A DNA stretch of 64,000 nucleotides from a virus: UHGV virus genome UHGV-0125199. The stretch is one strand, 5' to 3'. Numbering within the stretch: the first letter of the stretch is position 1; every line of letters starts with the position of its first letter. This document shows positions 1 through 9,203 of this stretch, piece by piece. A model generated the notes under the pieces. The model did not search any database and was not told the origin of the DNA. It worked only from the letters and a program-made list of their open reading frames with translations. The position numbers and the translations under genes are program-made.

Positions 1-10
1 TAATAATCCA

Positions 11-982
11 GTGATGGTTAAATATGCCGAAATTTGTTATAGAGATTTTCCAACCATTGTTAATGATCTCAAAGAAAGCGGAATCACATACAAGAATACA
101 TTATTAGAATATGCACGTATGGATAATAAATTTTCTAAATCCAGAATTGGCATTGGCTATTCCAGTAATCTTGCACAATTAGCCTTGACTTATTATTGGA
201 CAGAGTTGCAAAAGGATAATCCTAATGAAGAACGATTGCATGAGTTATATGATAATTTTGTGATTTTATCTGTTCTTGCTCAAGTTATAATTGATGGATG
301 TAAAAGGGAATACGAAATTGATGGAATGAAAGAAATCGACAGGATCAGCAAAATGCCATGTATGAAATTAACAAAGCAAGTAGTTGATGAAAACGGTAGA
401 ATTAAAAGTGTTAAATTTGATTTTCCGAAGTTTATGAAATATACAAGAGCTATAAAAACAACAAAAAACGGGAAAGAAATTCCACAAAAGGAAATACACG
501 AAAAAAAAGTGAAATTGAAAAATAGAATCAACCCATCTCTTGTTTGCCCTATGAATTGGTTAGAGGAATGCTTAGACACTATCAAACCTGCGGCAAATTC
601 ACACTCAACCCCTATTAGTGATTTTTTTATAAAAATGCCTGGCAAACCTAATAACAGACAAATGACAAAAATTAGGAGTCTTATTGAAGAATATGACTTA
701 TTTGTTAAAAATTTACATATAACAAATGACGATGACGATATAATAATCGAAGAAATGATTTCTAAATCCGAAAAATTATTAGACAGCCTATGCAAAATTA
801 AAGTTGGAAATATAGTAACTATAAATAGAATGATAGAGGTGGCTCTAGGTCTCGATAAAGGAATCGGAAATGGATCCAAAACGAAGAACATAAACTTAAA
901 ATATTCAAGAAAAATTTTAAATTATTTACACAAAATGGACAAAGATAAATTTTTATTGAATTTTAAACCAAAACAAATTTAG
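11..982 (+). CDS. hypothetical protein (323 aa); start probably the ATG at 14
   Basis: Long ORF, the only one in this stretch, at the window edge just after a TAA. No motif I recognise. Confidence 0.5.
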   Translation: MMVKYAEICYRDFPTIVNDLKESGITYKNTLLEYARMDNKFSKSRIGIGYSSNLAQLALTYYWTELQKDNPNEERLHELYDNFVILSVLAQVIIDGCKREYEIDGMKEIDRISKMPCMKLTKQVVDENGRIKSVKFDFPKFMKYTRAIKTTKNGKEIPQKEIHEKKVKLKNRINPSLVCPMNWLEECLDTIKPAANSHSTPISDFFIKMPGKPNNRQMTKIRSLIEEYDLFVKNLHITNDDDDIIIEEMISKSEKLLDSLCKIKVGNIVTINRMIEVALGLDKGIGNGSKTKNINLKYSRKILNYLHKMDKDKFLLNFKPKQI

Positions 983-1190
983 TGTTTATGCACAAAAATT
1001 GCCGAATTATTTTGTCAAAAGTTACTAAACCCCTTGTAAATAGTGGGTTTTCAAGAAATCAACTTCGTCCGTAATATGGAAGGATGAGAGTTTTGCTTAT
1101 ATTCAAAATTCTTGAGATGAAATCAAGACTCTTAAGACGACAAACGCTATTGCCAAAGCGTTTAATAAATATGGAGATATATCTATAATA

Positions 1191-1220
1191 AAGCCCCTAT
1201 TGAAAGGGGCTTGGGCTTTG
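1191..1220 (+). terminator. hairpin AAGCCCCT..AGGGGCTT after ORF 11..982
   Basis: 8-bp GC-rich inverted repeat directly downstream of the stop, but only a weak U-tract. Confidence 0.35.
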
Positions 1221-1925
1221 CCCAATATAAGCACTTGCTTATAAATACAAATAACTCAGTGCAGATTGGCTTGTCACCATGCTGAGAATATATGAATAGT
1301 GAGTTGCGGTATAATACGATAGTTTTATACTGCAGCTTCTGGAATGATGTGAATCATAAACAGAAAGACGGAAACCGTCAAAACTAAATATATGTACAAT
1401 AATATATTGCCGTAAAACGCAATTGCCAGATCGCTGACATAATAGACGACTCCAGTGGAGTAATAATCGTGATGCCTGTATCGGTGGAATGTTACAGAGA
1501 GATAAGTAGCGAAAATCCAAATAAGTCAGTTGCGTCGTTGATCGGAAGAAATTCCAGTATAAGATCTGTCGAATGTACGAGTAGCCCAAAGTGACGTGAG
1601 ATTAATACATAAAGAACAAAAAAATTAAATCTTATTATGAATTTTCTTAATACGCTGAATGACATGGGTGAAAGTTTCTCGTAATCAGTCGAGGCTACAA
1701 TTGCTGTTTATCAGATGTAAAGGAAGTCTAAGGGTAGCTCCCTTATTCTCAGCCCTTTACAAGTAGTGGCGGAATATTATGACGATATATTTGAGTAGGA
1801 AGAAGTTCCATTTGTATTTATAATCAAGTGCTTATGCGCGCACTTGACGATTTCTAATCTCCTTTTCAGTTAGTAATAGCATTGCTGTTCTGGTAGTGCT
1901 GTTGCTAACATCTTAGGAGTATTTT

Positions 1926-1997
1926 AGCCCCATCGCCAAGCGGTAAGGCACAGGACTTTGACTCCTGCATTCAGTAGTTCGAATCTACTTGGGGCTG
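1926..1997 (+). tRNA. tRNA-Gln (anticodon TTG)
   Basis: Manual fold. Acceptor AGCCCCA/TGGGGCT (7 bp), anticodon stem CAGGA/TCCTG with loop CTTTGAC, T-arm AGTAG-TTCGAAT-CTACT, discriminator G, 72 nt. Confidence 0.85.
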
Positions 1998-2181
1998 CTA
2001 TCATCCGAAGTGTTGCGCTGACCGTCAATCAGTGGCGCATAAAAACCTATCCCAGTATAAATCCAGGTGACACTGGCTTATATGAAGATACGCTCTAGGT
2101 TTACTACGTTTTATATAACTATTCACATAACAATTATTTTGTCGTCCTTGTGGATGGGTGTTTTGGACGAGCAAACAATAA

Positions 2182-2272
2182 GCTGCATTAATCCTCTGTG
2201 GTAAGGGGTCGATCTTGAAAAATCGATAGTAGCCACTTATGCGGTGTCTAAGTTCAAATCTTAGGTGCAGCG
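2182..2272 (+). tRNA. type II tRNA, most likely tRNA-Ser (TGA); apparent 8-nt anticodon loop
   Basis: Acceptor GCTGCAT/GTGCAGC (one G-U pair). Anticodon stem TCGAT/ATCGA with loop CTTGAAAA. About 21-nt variable arm. T-arm CTAAG-TTCAAAT-CTTAG. 91 nt. Confidence 0.65.
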
Positions 2273-2278
2273 TTATAT

Positions 2279-2351
2279 GCAGGCGAGTGGAACGGATTAC
2301 TACGTCAGACCCATAATCTGAAAATACTGGGTTCGACTCCCAGGCTCTGCA
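2279..2351 (+). tRNA. tRNA-like with CAT anticodon (Met or Ile2); imperfect acceptor and D-arm, possibly degenerate
   Basis: Perfect anticodon arm TCAGA-CCCATAA-TCTGA and T-arm CTGGG-TTCGACT-CCCAG at canonical spacing (T54/T55/C56). Acceptor pairs only 5 of 7, and the D-stem is weak. Confidence 0.45.
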
Positions 2352-2628
2352 ATACTCTCCCACTGTGGAGAAATATACAACGAAAGGAATGTTTTATCAT
2401 AGTTCTTATTACAGACAAAGAATGTAAATTTTTGTTAATCAAAGGATGGAAATGGAGAGATCATATTCATCGCACTGTATCCGGAGCAAACAAAAAATAT
2501 GCAACAGAAAATTATCGATTGATGCAAGATTTAGAAAATTTTAGATCACAGTCGATTAAAGAAACAATTCAGATTAAAAAACGTAAAAAATAACTAGAAT
2601 TAAACTAGAGGAAAGGTGGTTCACCTTA

Positions 2629-3876
2629 TTGGAATGCACATTATTCCTTGATACGAATGCATTACTTAGTCTCGGCGAAAATGCATTTAAAGAAAAATTT
2701 ATTATTGCACAAAAGACACTTGAAGAGATCGAGAATATCAAAGTGTCTAATTCTAAAGATGGAGAAGTAAAATACAAAGCCAGACAAATTTCAAGACTAT
2801 TGGATAAACATGATGGCGAATATGATGTGGTTTTATACTCTCCAAAAATTAAAGAAATAATTGATAGTTATTTCTTATCTGAAACGCCAGACAACATTAT
2901 CTTGGCTTCTGCTTATTATTACAATTCAAATGTATCGGAAGTACTTGTATGTTCTGATGATTTAAATTGCAAATTCATATCTCGTAATATTTTTGGACTT
3001 CCTACAAAGGGAGTTTCGGATATTAACCTTGTCAAAAATCTTGACGAATATCTTGGATATAAAGAATTAACATTGTCTGATGAAGAAATGAGTTACTTCT
3101 ATTGTCATACAAATGAAAACATTTATGATTGTATTTTGAACGAATATCTCATTATTAAAAAATCAGATGGAGAAGTTGTTGATTATAGAAAGTGGGACGG
3201 TTTTGAATATAAAGCTGTATGTGAAAAAACAGTTCGCTCTACTATTTTTGGAGATAAAATTAGACCGAAAGATTCATATCAAGCCTGTGCTATTGATTCA
3301 ATTTTTTCAAATACAATGACAGCTATTACCGGACATGCAGGTAGCGGGAAATCATTGATATCACTAATATCTATGATGAGTCTTATTGAAAATGGAGAAT
3401 ATGATAGAGTGATCATTATGTTTAACCCTAATAAAGCAAAGGGTGCTGCAGATATGGGTTTCTATTGTGGTAATGCTACTGAAAAGGCACTTCAAAATTC
3501 TATAGGTTCCATGTTAACTACAAAATTTGGTGATAGATTTGCTGTTGAAATGTTGTTGCAGCAAGATAAAATTCGATTAGTATCTATGGCAGATGTACGA
3601 GGAATGGAAGTAAGGGATAATGAAATTTTATACATTAGTGAAGCGCAGAATACATCAATCGAATTATTAAAGTTGTGTTTATCAAGAGCAAGTAGCGGAT
3701 GTAAAATTGTTATCGAAGGTGATTATGATAGCCAGGTTGATTCTTATTTATTTGAAGGAAATTCAAATGGTTTTAAACGCGCAATTGATGTGCTTCAAGG
3801 TGAATCAGAATTTGGATATGTACATCTTCCGAATGTTTGGAGAAGTAAAATTGCAATGTTAGTGGATAAATTATAG
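2629..3876 (+). CDS. PIN-domain plus PhoH-like ATPase (YlaK/PhoH2-like)
   Basis: TTG start after GGAGGAAAGGTGG. N-terminus 'LDTNALL' is PIN-like. Walker A 'TGHAGSGKSLI' is typical of the PhoH family. Confidence 0.7.
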   Translation: MECTLFLDTNALLSLGENAFKEKFIIAQKTLEEIENIKVSNSKDGEVKYKARQISRLLDKHDGEYDVVLYSPKIKEIIDSYFLSETPDNIILASAYYYNSNVSEVLVCSDDLNCKFISRNIFGLPTKGVSDINLVKNLDEYLGYKELTLSDEEMSYFYCHTNENIYDCILNEYLIIKKSDGEVVDYRKWDGFEYKAVCEKTVRSTIFGDKIRPKDSYQACAIDSIFSNTMTAITGHAGSGKSLISLISMMSLIENGEYDRVIIMFNPNKAKGAADMGFYCGNATEKALQNSIGSMLTTKFGDRFAVEMLLQQDKIRLVSMADVRGMEVRDNEILYISEAQNTSIELLKLCLSRASSGCKIVIEGDYDSQVDSYLFEGNSNGFKRAIDVLQGESEFGYVHLPNVWRSKIAMLVDKL

Positions 3877-3881
3877 AGAGG

Positions 3882-4097
3882 ATGTTTGTTATAAAAGCTA
3901 AACCTATTTTTAATAGTTTTAATATAAATAACAAAACATTAAACCTTGGAACGTTTGCTAAAATTGAAGATGCAATTGAAGCGAGAAAATCAGCAGAAGT
4001 AAAATATTTTGGTGAATTTAGATTTGATATGTCCAACAAAGATATTATAAATGAAGCTAATCTGGAAGATCATTTAATTTATAAAAAATGCAGTTAA
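3882..4097 (+). CDS. small AP2-domain protein (stand-alone DNA-binding domain of the type fused to HNH homing endonucleases)
   Basis: 'GTFAKIEDAIEARKSAEVKYFGEF' matches the AP2/ERF-like pattern I recall from phage HNH endonucleases. Confidence 0.45.
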   Translation: MFVIKAKPIFNSFNINNKTLNLGTFAKIEDAIEARKSAEVKYFGEFRFDMSNKDIINEANLEDHLIYKKCS

Positions 4098-4115
4098 TTG
4101 CAAATTCGAGTCTAA

Positions 4116-4412
4116 AAATTACAATTTAAATTTTATATTGCAGGTAACGCATATGAAAAAAATAAAACATTATTATCATATATATTAGGTGCATGTACAA
4201 TCGTAATATTTCTTCCAATTGTAGAAGAAATAGTTAATGTAATTCTGTCTTGGATTGAATATCTGAAAATTCTTCCGGGAAAACTTGTTATAAAAGGCAA
4301 TGCAGAATTACAAGAGTTGCAGTCGGATTTTGAGGTTGAATCGACAGATACATGCGCTATCGGGTTTCATTATGAACCAGAAACTGAAGAATATTATGAC
4401 GAGGAAGAGTAG
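4116..4412 (+). other. 98-codon start-less ORF (TM helix plus acidic tail), preceded by an out-of-frame 11-codon ATG ORF (4153) and bridged by an A7 run (4156..4162)
   Basis: AGGTAA sits 6 nt before the ATG at 4153, and that frame stops after 11 codons. The -1 frame is open from 4116 to 4412 with no ATG/GTG/TTG. An A7 run allows -1 slippage or a homopolymer indel. Confidence 0.3.
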
Positions 4413-4457
4413 TCTAATACTGCTCTTCTATTTTTAGTTTAAAGGAGATAATTAGAA

Positions 4458-4661
4458 ATGATTAAAATTACAAAAACAAAAGAAAAATTAACGCCGGCAA
4501 AACAGAATATCCAATTAGATGGTATTTATGTAAAAGATCTAAAATTTGTAGATGAAACAGGTGATATTACACAGCAAGTTATTGAAGCTCTTCCGGAAGG
4601 AACGGAACAGGTTGGATTTAAAATCACTGTGGAATTACCACTGGACTCTGAAGAAGAATAG
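4458..4661 (+). CDS. hypothetical acidic protein (67 aa)
   Basis: ATG 7 nt after AAAGGAG. Confidence 0.5.
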   Translation: MIKITKTKEKLTPAKQNIQLDGIYVKDLKFVDETGDITQQVIEALPEGTEQVGFKITVELPLDSEEE

Positions 4662-4668
4662 AGAGTAG

Positions 4669-5868
4669 GTGGACGATATAGTACATAACTATAAAAGATT
4701 TGATGGTGAAAGTGATGATGAACTCATCCTGAGAATCTGTAATGATAAAGAAAATATCGGTACATGGAATGATGTTGCTGCAGTTCTAAACTCTCTTCTT
4801 GACTGTAACTACACTGAATCGGCATATAGAAAGAAAGTACAGTATTTCCGAAAGGTTCTTGATGCTAATCAGTCTAAATTCACAGACGGTGCAGCACAAT
4901 TAAAAGAACTAAAGGAAGAGCGTATTCTTTTAGAGAAAGAACGTGTCAAAACTCGTGATGAACGAAATGAGTATCGTAGATTGATTCGTGAAGAAGCACG
5001 TAAGGAATCTTATAAAGAACAGATTTTAAGATCCATTTCAGAATATCACGGACAACCATTAGATTATGATAAAAGAAAACAGTTTAATGGAATTTTAAAA
5101 TCAGATAATGATTTAGTAATTTCTGTAACAGATATTCATGCAGGAATTGAAATTGATAACTGGTTTAATAAATACAATACAGAAGTTATGTATGATAGAT
5201 TTAGACAGTACCTGGATAAAATTTTTGAAGTCTATTTACGGCACGGTTCTGAAAATATCTATGTAATTATAAGTGAGTTGGTCTCAGGATTGATTCACAA
5301 CTCACTTCGGATTGAAAGTAATCAAAATCTAATTGAGCAATTCTTATCCGTATCGGATTGTATTTCACAATTTTTATCTGAACTTAGTTATAAATTTAAT
5401 GAAGTTCATGTTTATGTTTGTCCTGGAAATCATTCTAGGTTACATGCAAAAAAGGAAGAATCTTTAAAAGGTGAAAATATGGACTGTCTTGCTATTCCAT
5501 TTTTGCAAGCCAAATTGCAGAACTTTAAGAATATCGAATTTCACGAAAATAAAATTGATGAATCAATTGCAATGTTTTCTGTTAGAGGAACGAAAATTTT
5601 TGGAGTCCATGGAGACAAAGATGACCCTAAAACGGTTGTGCAGAAACTATCGCTTATGACACAAATACGTCCAAATATTTTATATATGGGTCATCGTCAT
5701 GTAAATGCGATGTCTACTGTTTATAATGTGAAAATTTTACAATCAGGTTGTATTTCTGGAACAGATAACTATTGCTTGGATAACCGATTGCAAAATAAAC
5801 CAGAACAATTAATTTCAGTTATTAATAATGATGGATTAGATTGTGTGTACGATGTTAGGTTTCACTAG
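4669..5868 (+). CDS. calcineurin-like metallophosphoesterase (SbcD/Mre11-type nuclease-like) with an N-terminal coiled-coil region
   Basis: Ordered phosphoesterase motifs 'DIHAG', 'GNHS', 'GVHGDKDD', 'GHRH'. Confidence 0.55.
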   Translation: MDDIVHNYKRFDGESDDELILRICNDKENIGTWNDVAAVLNSLLDCNYTESAYRKKVQYFRKVLDANQSKFTDGAAQLKELKEERILLEKERVKTRDERNEYRRLIREEARKESYKEQILRSISEYHGQPLDYDKRKQFNGILKSDNDLVISVTDIHAGIEIDNWFNKYNTEVMYDRFRQYLDKIFEVYLRHGSENIYVIISELVSGLIHNSLRIESNQNLIEQFLSVSDCISQFLSELSYKFNEVHVYVCPGNHSRLHAKKEESLKGENMDCLAIPFLQAKLQNFKNIEFHENKIDESIAMFSVRGTKIFGVHGDKDDPKTVVQKLSLMTQIRPNILYMGHRHVNAMSTVYNVKILQSGCISGTDNYCLDNRLQNKPEQLISVINNDGLDCVYDVRFH

Positions 5869-5879
5869 AGGAGATTGTT

Positions 5880-6023
5880 ATGGAATATAAAGACGGATTA
5901 CCAGTATTAAACTTTGAAGAACTGGTTTCTTATATCATGGAGGAAAGTCAATATCCCAAAACAGATATTGAGAGAATTCTGGATTTAGAAACAGAATATA
6001 TGGAAAAAATTGGAATTATTTAG
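5880..6023 (+). CDS. small hypothetical protein (47 aa)
   Basis: ATG 6 nt after GAGGAG. Below the ORF-track length cut-off. Confidence 0.35.
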   Translation: MEYKDGLPVLNFEELVSYIMEESQYPKTDIERILDLETEYMEKIGII

Positions 6024-6351
6024 AAAGAAGGATATCGGCTATCTGAAGTGTAGAAAGAACTTTTAACGAGAGAGTTCAATCCGCGGCTCAGGATAAGCAG
6101 ATTTACAGATTACCTATGTGGCAATCTACGCCAGTGCTCACGTACATGTTCCCACTTATTAAAGCGGAATCTGTCGTATGCACTAACATGTACAGGAGTT
6201 TCTATAGAATAAAAACTTGCCATACGTATCACCTGCCTTCCAAAATAAACTGCATCATCTTGGAGAACCGATATCCTAGAATGTGGAGAAATCCACGAAA
6301 TAAATTATAAAAATTTACAAATTAGTTGATAGAAAAGGAGACATTTTAAAA

Positions 6352-6630
6352 ATGACAAGATCAGATTTAATTAAAACAATTGCAGAAAAAGTAGACGGAG
6401 TAACACAGGAAAAAGCAAAAGAGATTGTTGCTGTAACTCTTGATTCAATTGCAGATGCGCTTACCGCTGGAGATAAAGTACAGTTCGTCGGATTTGGAAG
6501 TTTTGAAGTAAGAGAAAGAGCTGGAAGAACTGGACGAAATCCACAGGATGGAAGCGAAATTTATATTGAGCCATCTAAAAATGTAAAATTCAAAGCAGGA
6601 AAAGAATTAAAAGATAAAGTAAACGCTTAA
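6352..6630 (+). CDS. hup: HU/IHF-family histone-like DNA-binding protein
   Basis: 'GFGSFEVRERAGRTGRNPQDGSEIYIEPSKNVKFKAGKELKDKV' is the HU beta-arm signature. ATG 8 nt after AAAGGAG. Confidence 0.9.
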   Translation: MTRSDLIKTIAEKVDGVTQEKAKEIVAVTLDSIADALTAGDKVQFVGFGSFEVRERAGRTGRNPQDGSEIYIEPSKNVKFKAGKELKDKVNA

Positions 6631-6648
6631 GATTGGCGGTGTGTCTAT

Positions 6649-7272
6649 TTGAAAAAAGAAATGATTAAGAAAACATATGATAATATCTATGAATTATGTG
6701 AAGATGTTGTGGATACATATGACGTACTAGAATCAAATTATGACAATAATATTGTTTCTATTATTGCTAAATACGATGAGGCAAGTCTCATTGTTTCGGA
6801 ATTATGTACAATGGACTTCTCCATTTTTTCATGCGAATTACACGATCCGGAGTTTGCTGGATATACTGATGAATATTTGATTGAGATTATTGAAGATAAA
6901 ATCTTTTGTGAGCCAGCAAAACGTAACGGTGATTACATTGGTTCTGGCAGTTCTATTGTATATGTATTAGACGACTGCAATTCGAAAGTCATCTCTAAAT
7001 TTGAAGCAGACTATGCATATGAAGTACATTTGTATGATGAGAATGATGAAGATAATATGGAATATGATTGTGATGGATGTATCTTCTGTGATGAGTGCGA
7101 CGAGTATGATGAGTATGGTTTTTTGTTGGATGATTGTGTAGATAACAAAGACATGCATGGATTTTCTGCCAGCAAGAGTGATGATTATGGTTATCACTCC
7201 GTATCATTTTATTCAACAGAGCGAGTTAATCATGATGATATGATGGATTTACTTCGTATTTTTGGATTATAA
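6649..7272 (+). CDS. acidic Cys-rich hypothetical protein
   Basis: ORF with CxxC pairs ('CDGCIFCDECDEYDEY') and a high D/E content. Confidence 0.5.
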   Translation: MKKEMIKKTYDNIYELCEDVVDTYDVLESNYDNNIVSIIAKYDEASLIVSELCTMDFSIFSCELHDPEFAGYTDEYLIEIIEDKIFCEPAKRNGDYIGSGSSIVYVLDDCNSKVISKFEADYAYEVHLYDENDEDNMEYDCDGCIFCDECDEYDEYGFLLDDCVDNKDMHGFSASKSDDYGYHSVSFYSTERVNHDDMMDLLRIFGL

Positions 7273-7302
7273 ATTTTCTGTTATATATGTACATTTCAAA
7301 GA

Positions 7303-7336
7303 TCCGTAGGTGTCAAAACTTACGGGTCTATTTTTG
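7303..7336 (+). terminator. rho-independent terminator
   Basis: CCGTAGG..CTTACGGG hairpin followed by TTTTTGTGTT. Confidence 0.55.
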
Positions 7337-7543
7337 TGTTCTCAGTTAGGAGAATAAGAATTAGAAACATCAGCGAAAGGAATGTGTCGGGTAAGCTCCG
7401 ACCGCGCTGCATGTTCCAATGCAACATTGGATTTTCAGGAGAGATACGGTGGATTAGCTACCTACCGGATAAGTGTAACCTCATTCGCACTTCTCTCCTA
7501 TTTCTATGGAGTGAGGAGAAATAAAATATTTGAATAAAAGGAA

Positions 7544-8578
7544 GTGAGATTATTGAGTGAAGAAATTGCAAAGCGTTCAGAGGACATAACTGATGAGATT
7601 TGGAATCAGGTTAATGAATTCAATAGAGAAATGGTTCAGGATTATCTTGATAATCAAACTGACCTTTCACTAAAGACTCGTCCGGCGTATCGCTCTGGAT
7701 TAAGAGTCTTTTTTGTATATGTAAAAGATCACTTGAACAATAAAGATTTTACACAAATAAAGAAAAAAGAATTTCAAAAATATCTTAATTGGTTGACTAA
7801 TAGAGGTTTATCTGATTCAGCAATTAAATTTAAAAAATCATGTGTAAGTGCATTTTGTAATTATATAATGTTAATGTATGAAGAAGAATATCCTACATTC
7901 AGAAATTTTACTGTTGGATTAAAAGTAGTACAAACAGGATATGTTCATGAGAAAAACCCGCTGACACCGGAAGAATATTTAATGCTATGTAAAGAATTAG
8001 AAAAACGTGAAGAATGGCAAAAATTAGCATATTTAGTTTTTTCTTATAGCACAGGATGTAGACGAGCTGAGGCACGTCAACTTTTGAAAGAAGTTGTTGA
8101 GTATAAACCAAAAGAGAAAGAAACAAAAATTAAAGGTGAAGATGGTGTAGAGCATGTTGCAATTTCTCGCCAATACTTAACACATACAATTAGATGTAAA
8201 GGCGCATCGTTGGTTGGAAAACAACGTAAACTAAAATTCGGAGAAGATGCTATGTATTGGTTAAAAAAATGGATTGAAGCGCGAGGAGAAGATGAATGTC
8301 CTTATATGTTTGTTGTAAAACAAAGAAATGGAGAAACTCGTCAAGTTGGCGAGAATACGTTTAATGATTGGTGTAGTGGACTATTTACAGAAATAGTAGG
8401 TAGACGCGTACATCCGCACCTGTTTCGAGAAAGTCGCGCAACTAATCTAGTAGTTTACGAAAATAAATCTCCAGAAGTTGCTCAAAAACTTTTAGGACAT
8501 AACGATGTTAGTACAACTACAAATCATTACATAATCAGAAATGATGATTTTGACGAGTCTGATGAAGCATTCATCTAA
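7544..8578 (+). CDS. int: tyrosine recombinase / phage integrase (start more likely the TTG at 7553, after AGGAAGTGAG)
   Basis: C-terminal 'HPHLFRESRATNLV…LLGHNDVSTTTNHY' carries the R..H..R…Y catalytic residues. N-terminal SAM-like core-binding region. Confidence 0.85.
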   Translation: MRLLSEEIAKRSEDITDEIWNQVNEFNREMVQDYLDNQTDLSLKTRPAYRSGLRVFFVYVKDHLNNKDFTQIKKKEFQKYLNWLTNRGLSDSAIKFKKSCVSAFCNYIMLMYEEEYPTFRNFTVGLKVVQTGYVHEKNPLTPEEYLMLCKELEKREEWQKLAYLVFSYSTGCRRAEARQLLKEVVEYKPKEKETKIKGEDGVEHVAISRQYLTHTIRCKGASLVGKQRKLKFGEDAMYWLKKWIEARGEDECPYMFVVKQRNGETRQVGENTFNDWCSGLFTEIVGRRVHPHLFRESRATNLVVYENKSPEVAQKLLGHNDVSTTTNHYIIRNDDFDESDEAFI

Positions 8579-8669
8579 CCATCTTTAATTTCCCATAATT
8601 TACCAGATCAATACTCTTCTATTCTGTGTTATACTGTTTCCGAGAATCATAGCACCGGAGGTTTATAGA

Positions 8670-9020
8670 ATGGAAAGACTGGTAAAAACAGGATACGTCA
8701 AAATGATTGCAATTGATGTTCATGATTTGGAGTCAAAAATCTTAGATGAACGGAATACAAATTTTCTGTGTGATATAGAAAATTTTCAGAATAAGTATTC
8801 TAATATATCTACAGTAAAATGTGTGTACATACATATGGACGATAATTATGATATCACTTTCTTAGATTATAAGAAAGTCCATCCACATATACATCCATTT
8901 GATTATATGAGAGACATCGTCAAAAAGCATGATGGAAAGTTAATCAAGGGAAGTGATTATTTGCGGATCACACACGAAGATGATTATGTAGAATTAATCG
9001 AAATAGATTTGAGAGATTAA
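8670..9020 (+). CDS. hypothetical protein (116 aa)
   Basis: ATG 7 nt after ACCGGAGG. Confidence 0.5.
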   Translation: MERLVKTGYVKMIAIDVHDLESKILDERNTNFLCDIENFQNKYSNISTVKCVYIHMDDNYDITFLDYKKVHPHIHPFDYMRDIVKKHDGKLIKGSDYLRITHEDDYVELIEIDLRD

Positions 9021-9021
9021 T

Positions 9022-9050
9022 GGAGAGCTGTGCTGCTCTCCTATTTTTGT
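9022..9050 (+). terminator. rho-independent terminator
   Basis: GGAGAGC-tgtgct-GCTCTCC hairpin followed by TATTTTTGTATTT. Confidence 0.7.
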
Positions 9051-9054
9051 ATTT

Positions 9055-9126
9055 GGCTCCATGGTCAAGAGGCTAAGACATCGCCCCTTCACGGAGGTAA
9101 CACTGGTTCAATTCCAGTTGGAGTCA
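9055..9126 (+). tRNA. tRNA-Glu (TTC), with a C at position 33 and a G/A mismatch in the anticodon stem
   Basis: Acceptor GGCTCCA/TGGAGTC. T-arm ACTGG-TTCAATT-CCAGT. Anticodon arm TCGCC-CCTTCAC-GGAGG. Confidence 0.6.
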
Positions 9127-9203
9127 TTATTATATTCCGGCTTTCAAAAGAAATGCCGGTTTCATATCGGCAGAAAATAGAAAAAAGAAAGCGAGGGAAA
9201 ATA

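Noticed and set aside
1239-1589. Minus-strand 116-aa ORF
   Set aside because: It has no RBS and a junk-like composition, and it lies in the structured non-coding region.
2025-2363. Minus-strand 112-aa ORF
   Set aside because: It entirely overlaps the Ser-like and CAT-anticodon tRNA genes, so the tRNA structures explain the sequence.
2252-2593. 114-codon open frame running through the two tRNAs, with a protein-like C-terminus
   Set aside because: It has no start codon with an RBS. Its openness is explained by the GC-rich tRNA sequence.
7336-7524. 62-aa + strand ORF upstream of the integrase
   Set aside because: It lies in a GC-rich, self-complementary region with no RBS. The region is more likely regulatory or RNA.
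9030-9203. 5' extension of ORF 9204..10121 given by the ORF track
   Set aside because: It runs through the terminator hairpin and tRNA-Glu. An RBS-supported ATG lies at 9204.
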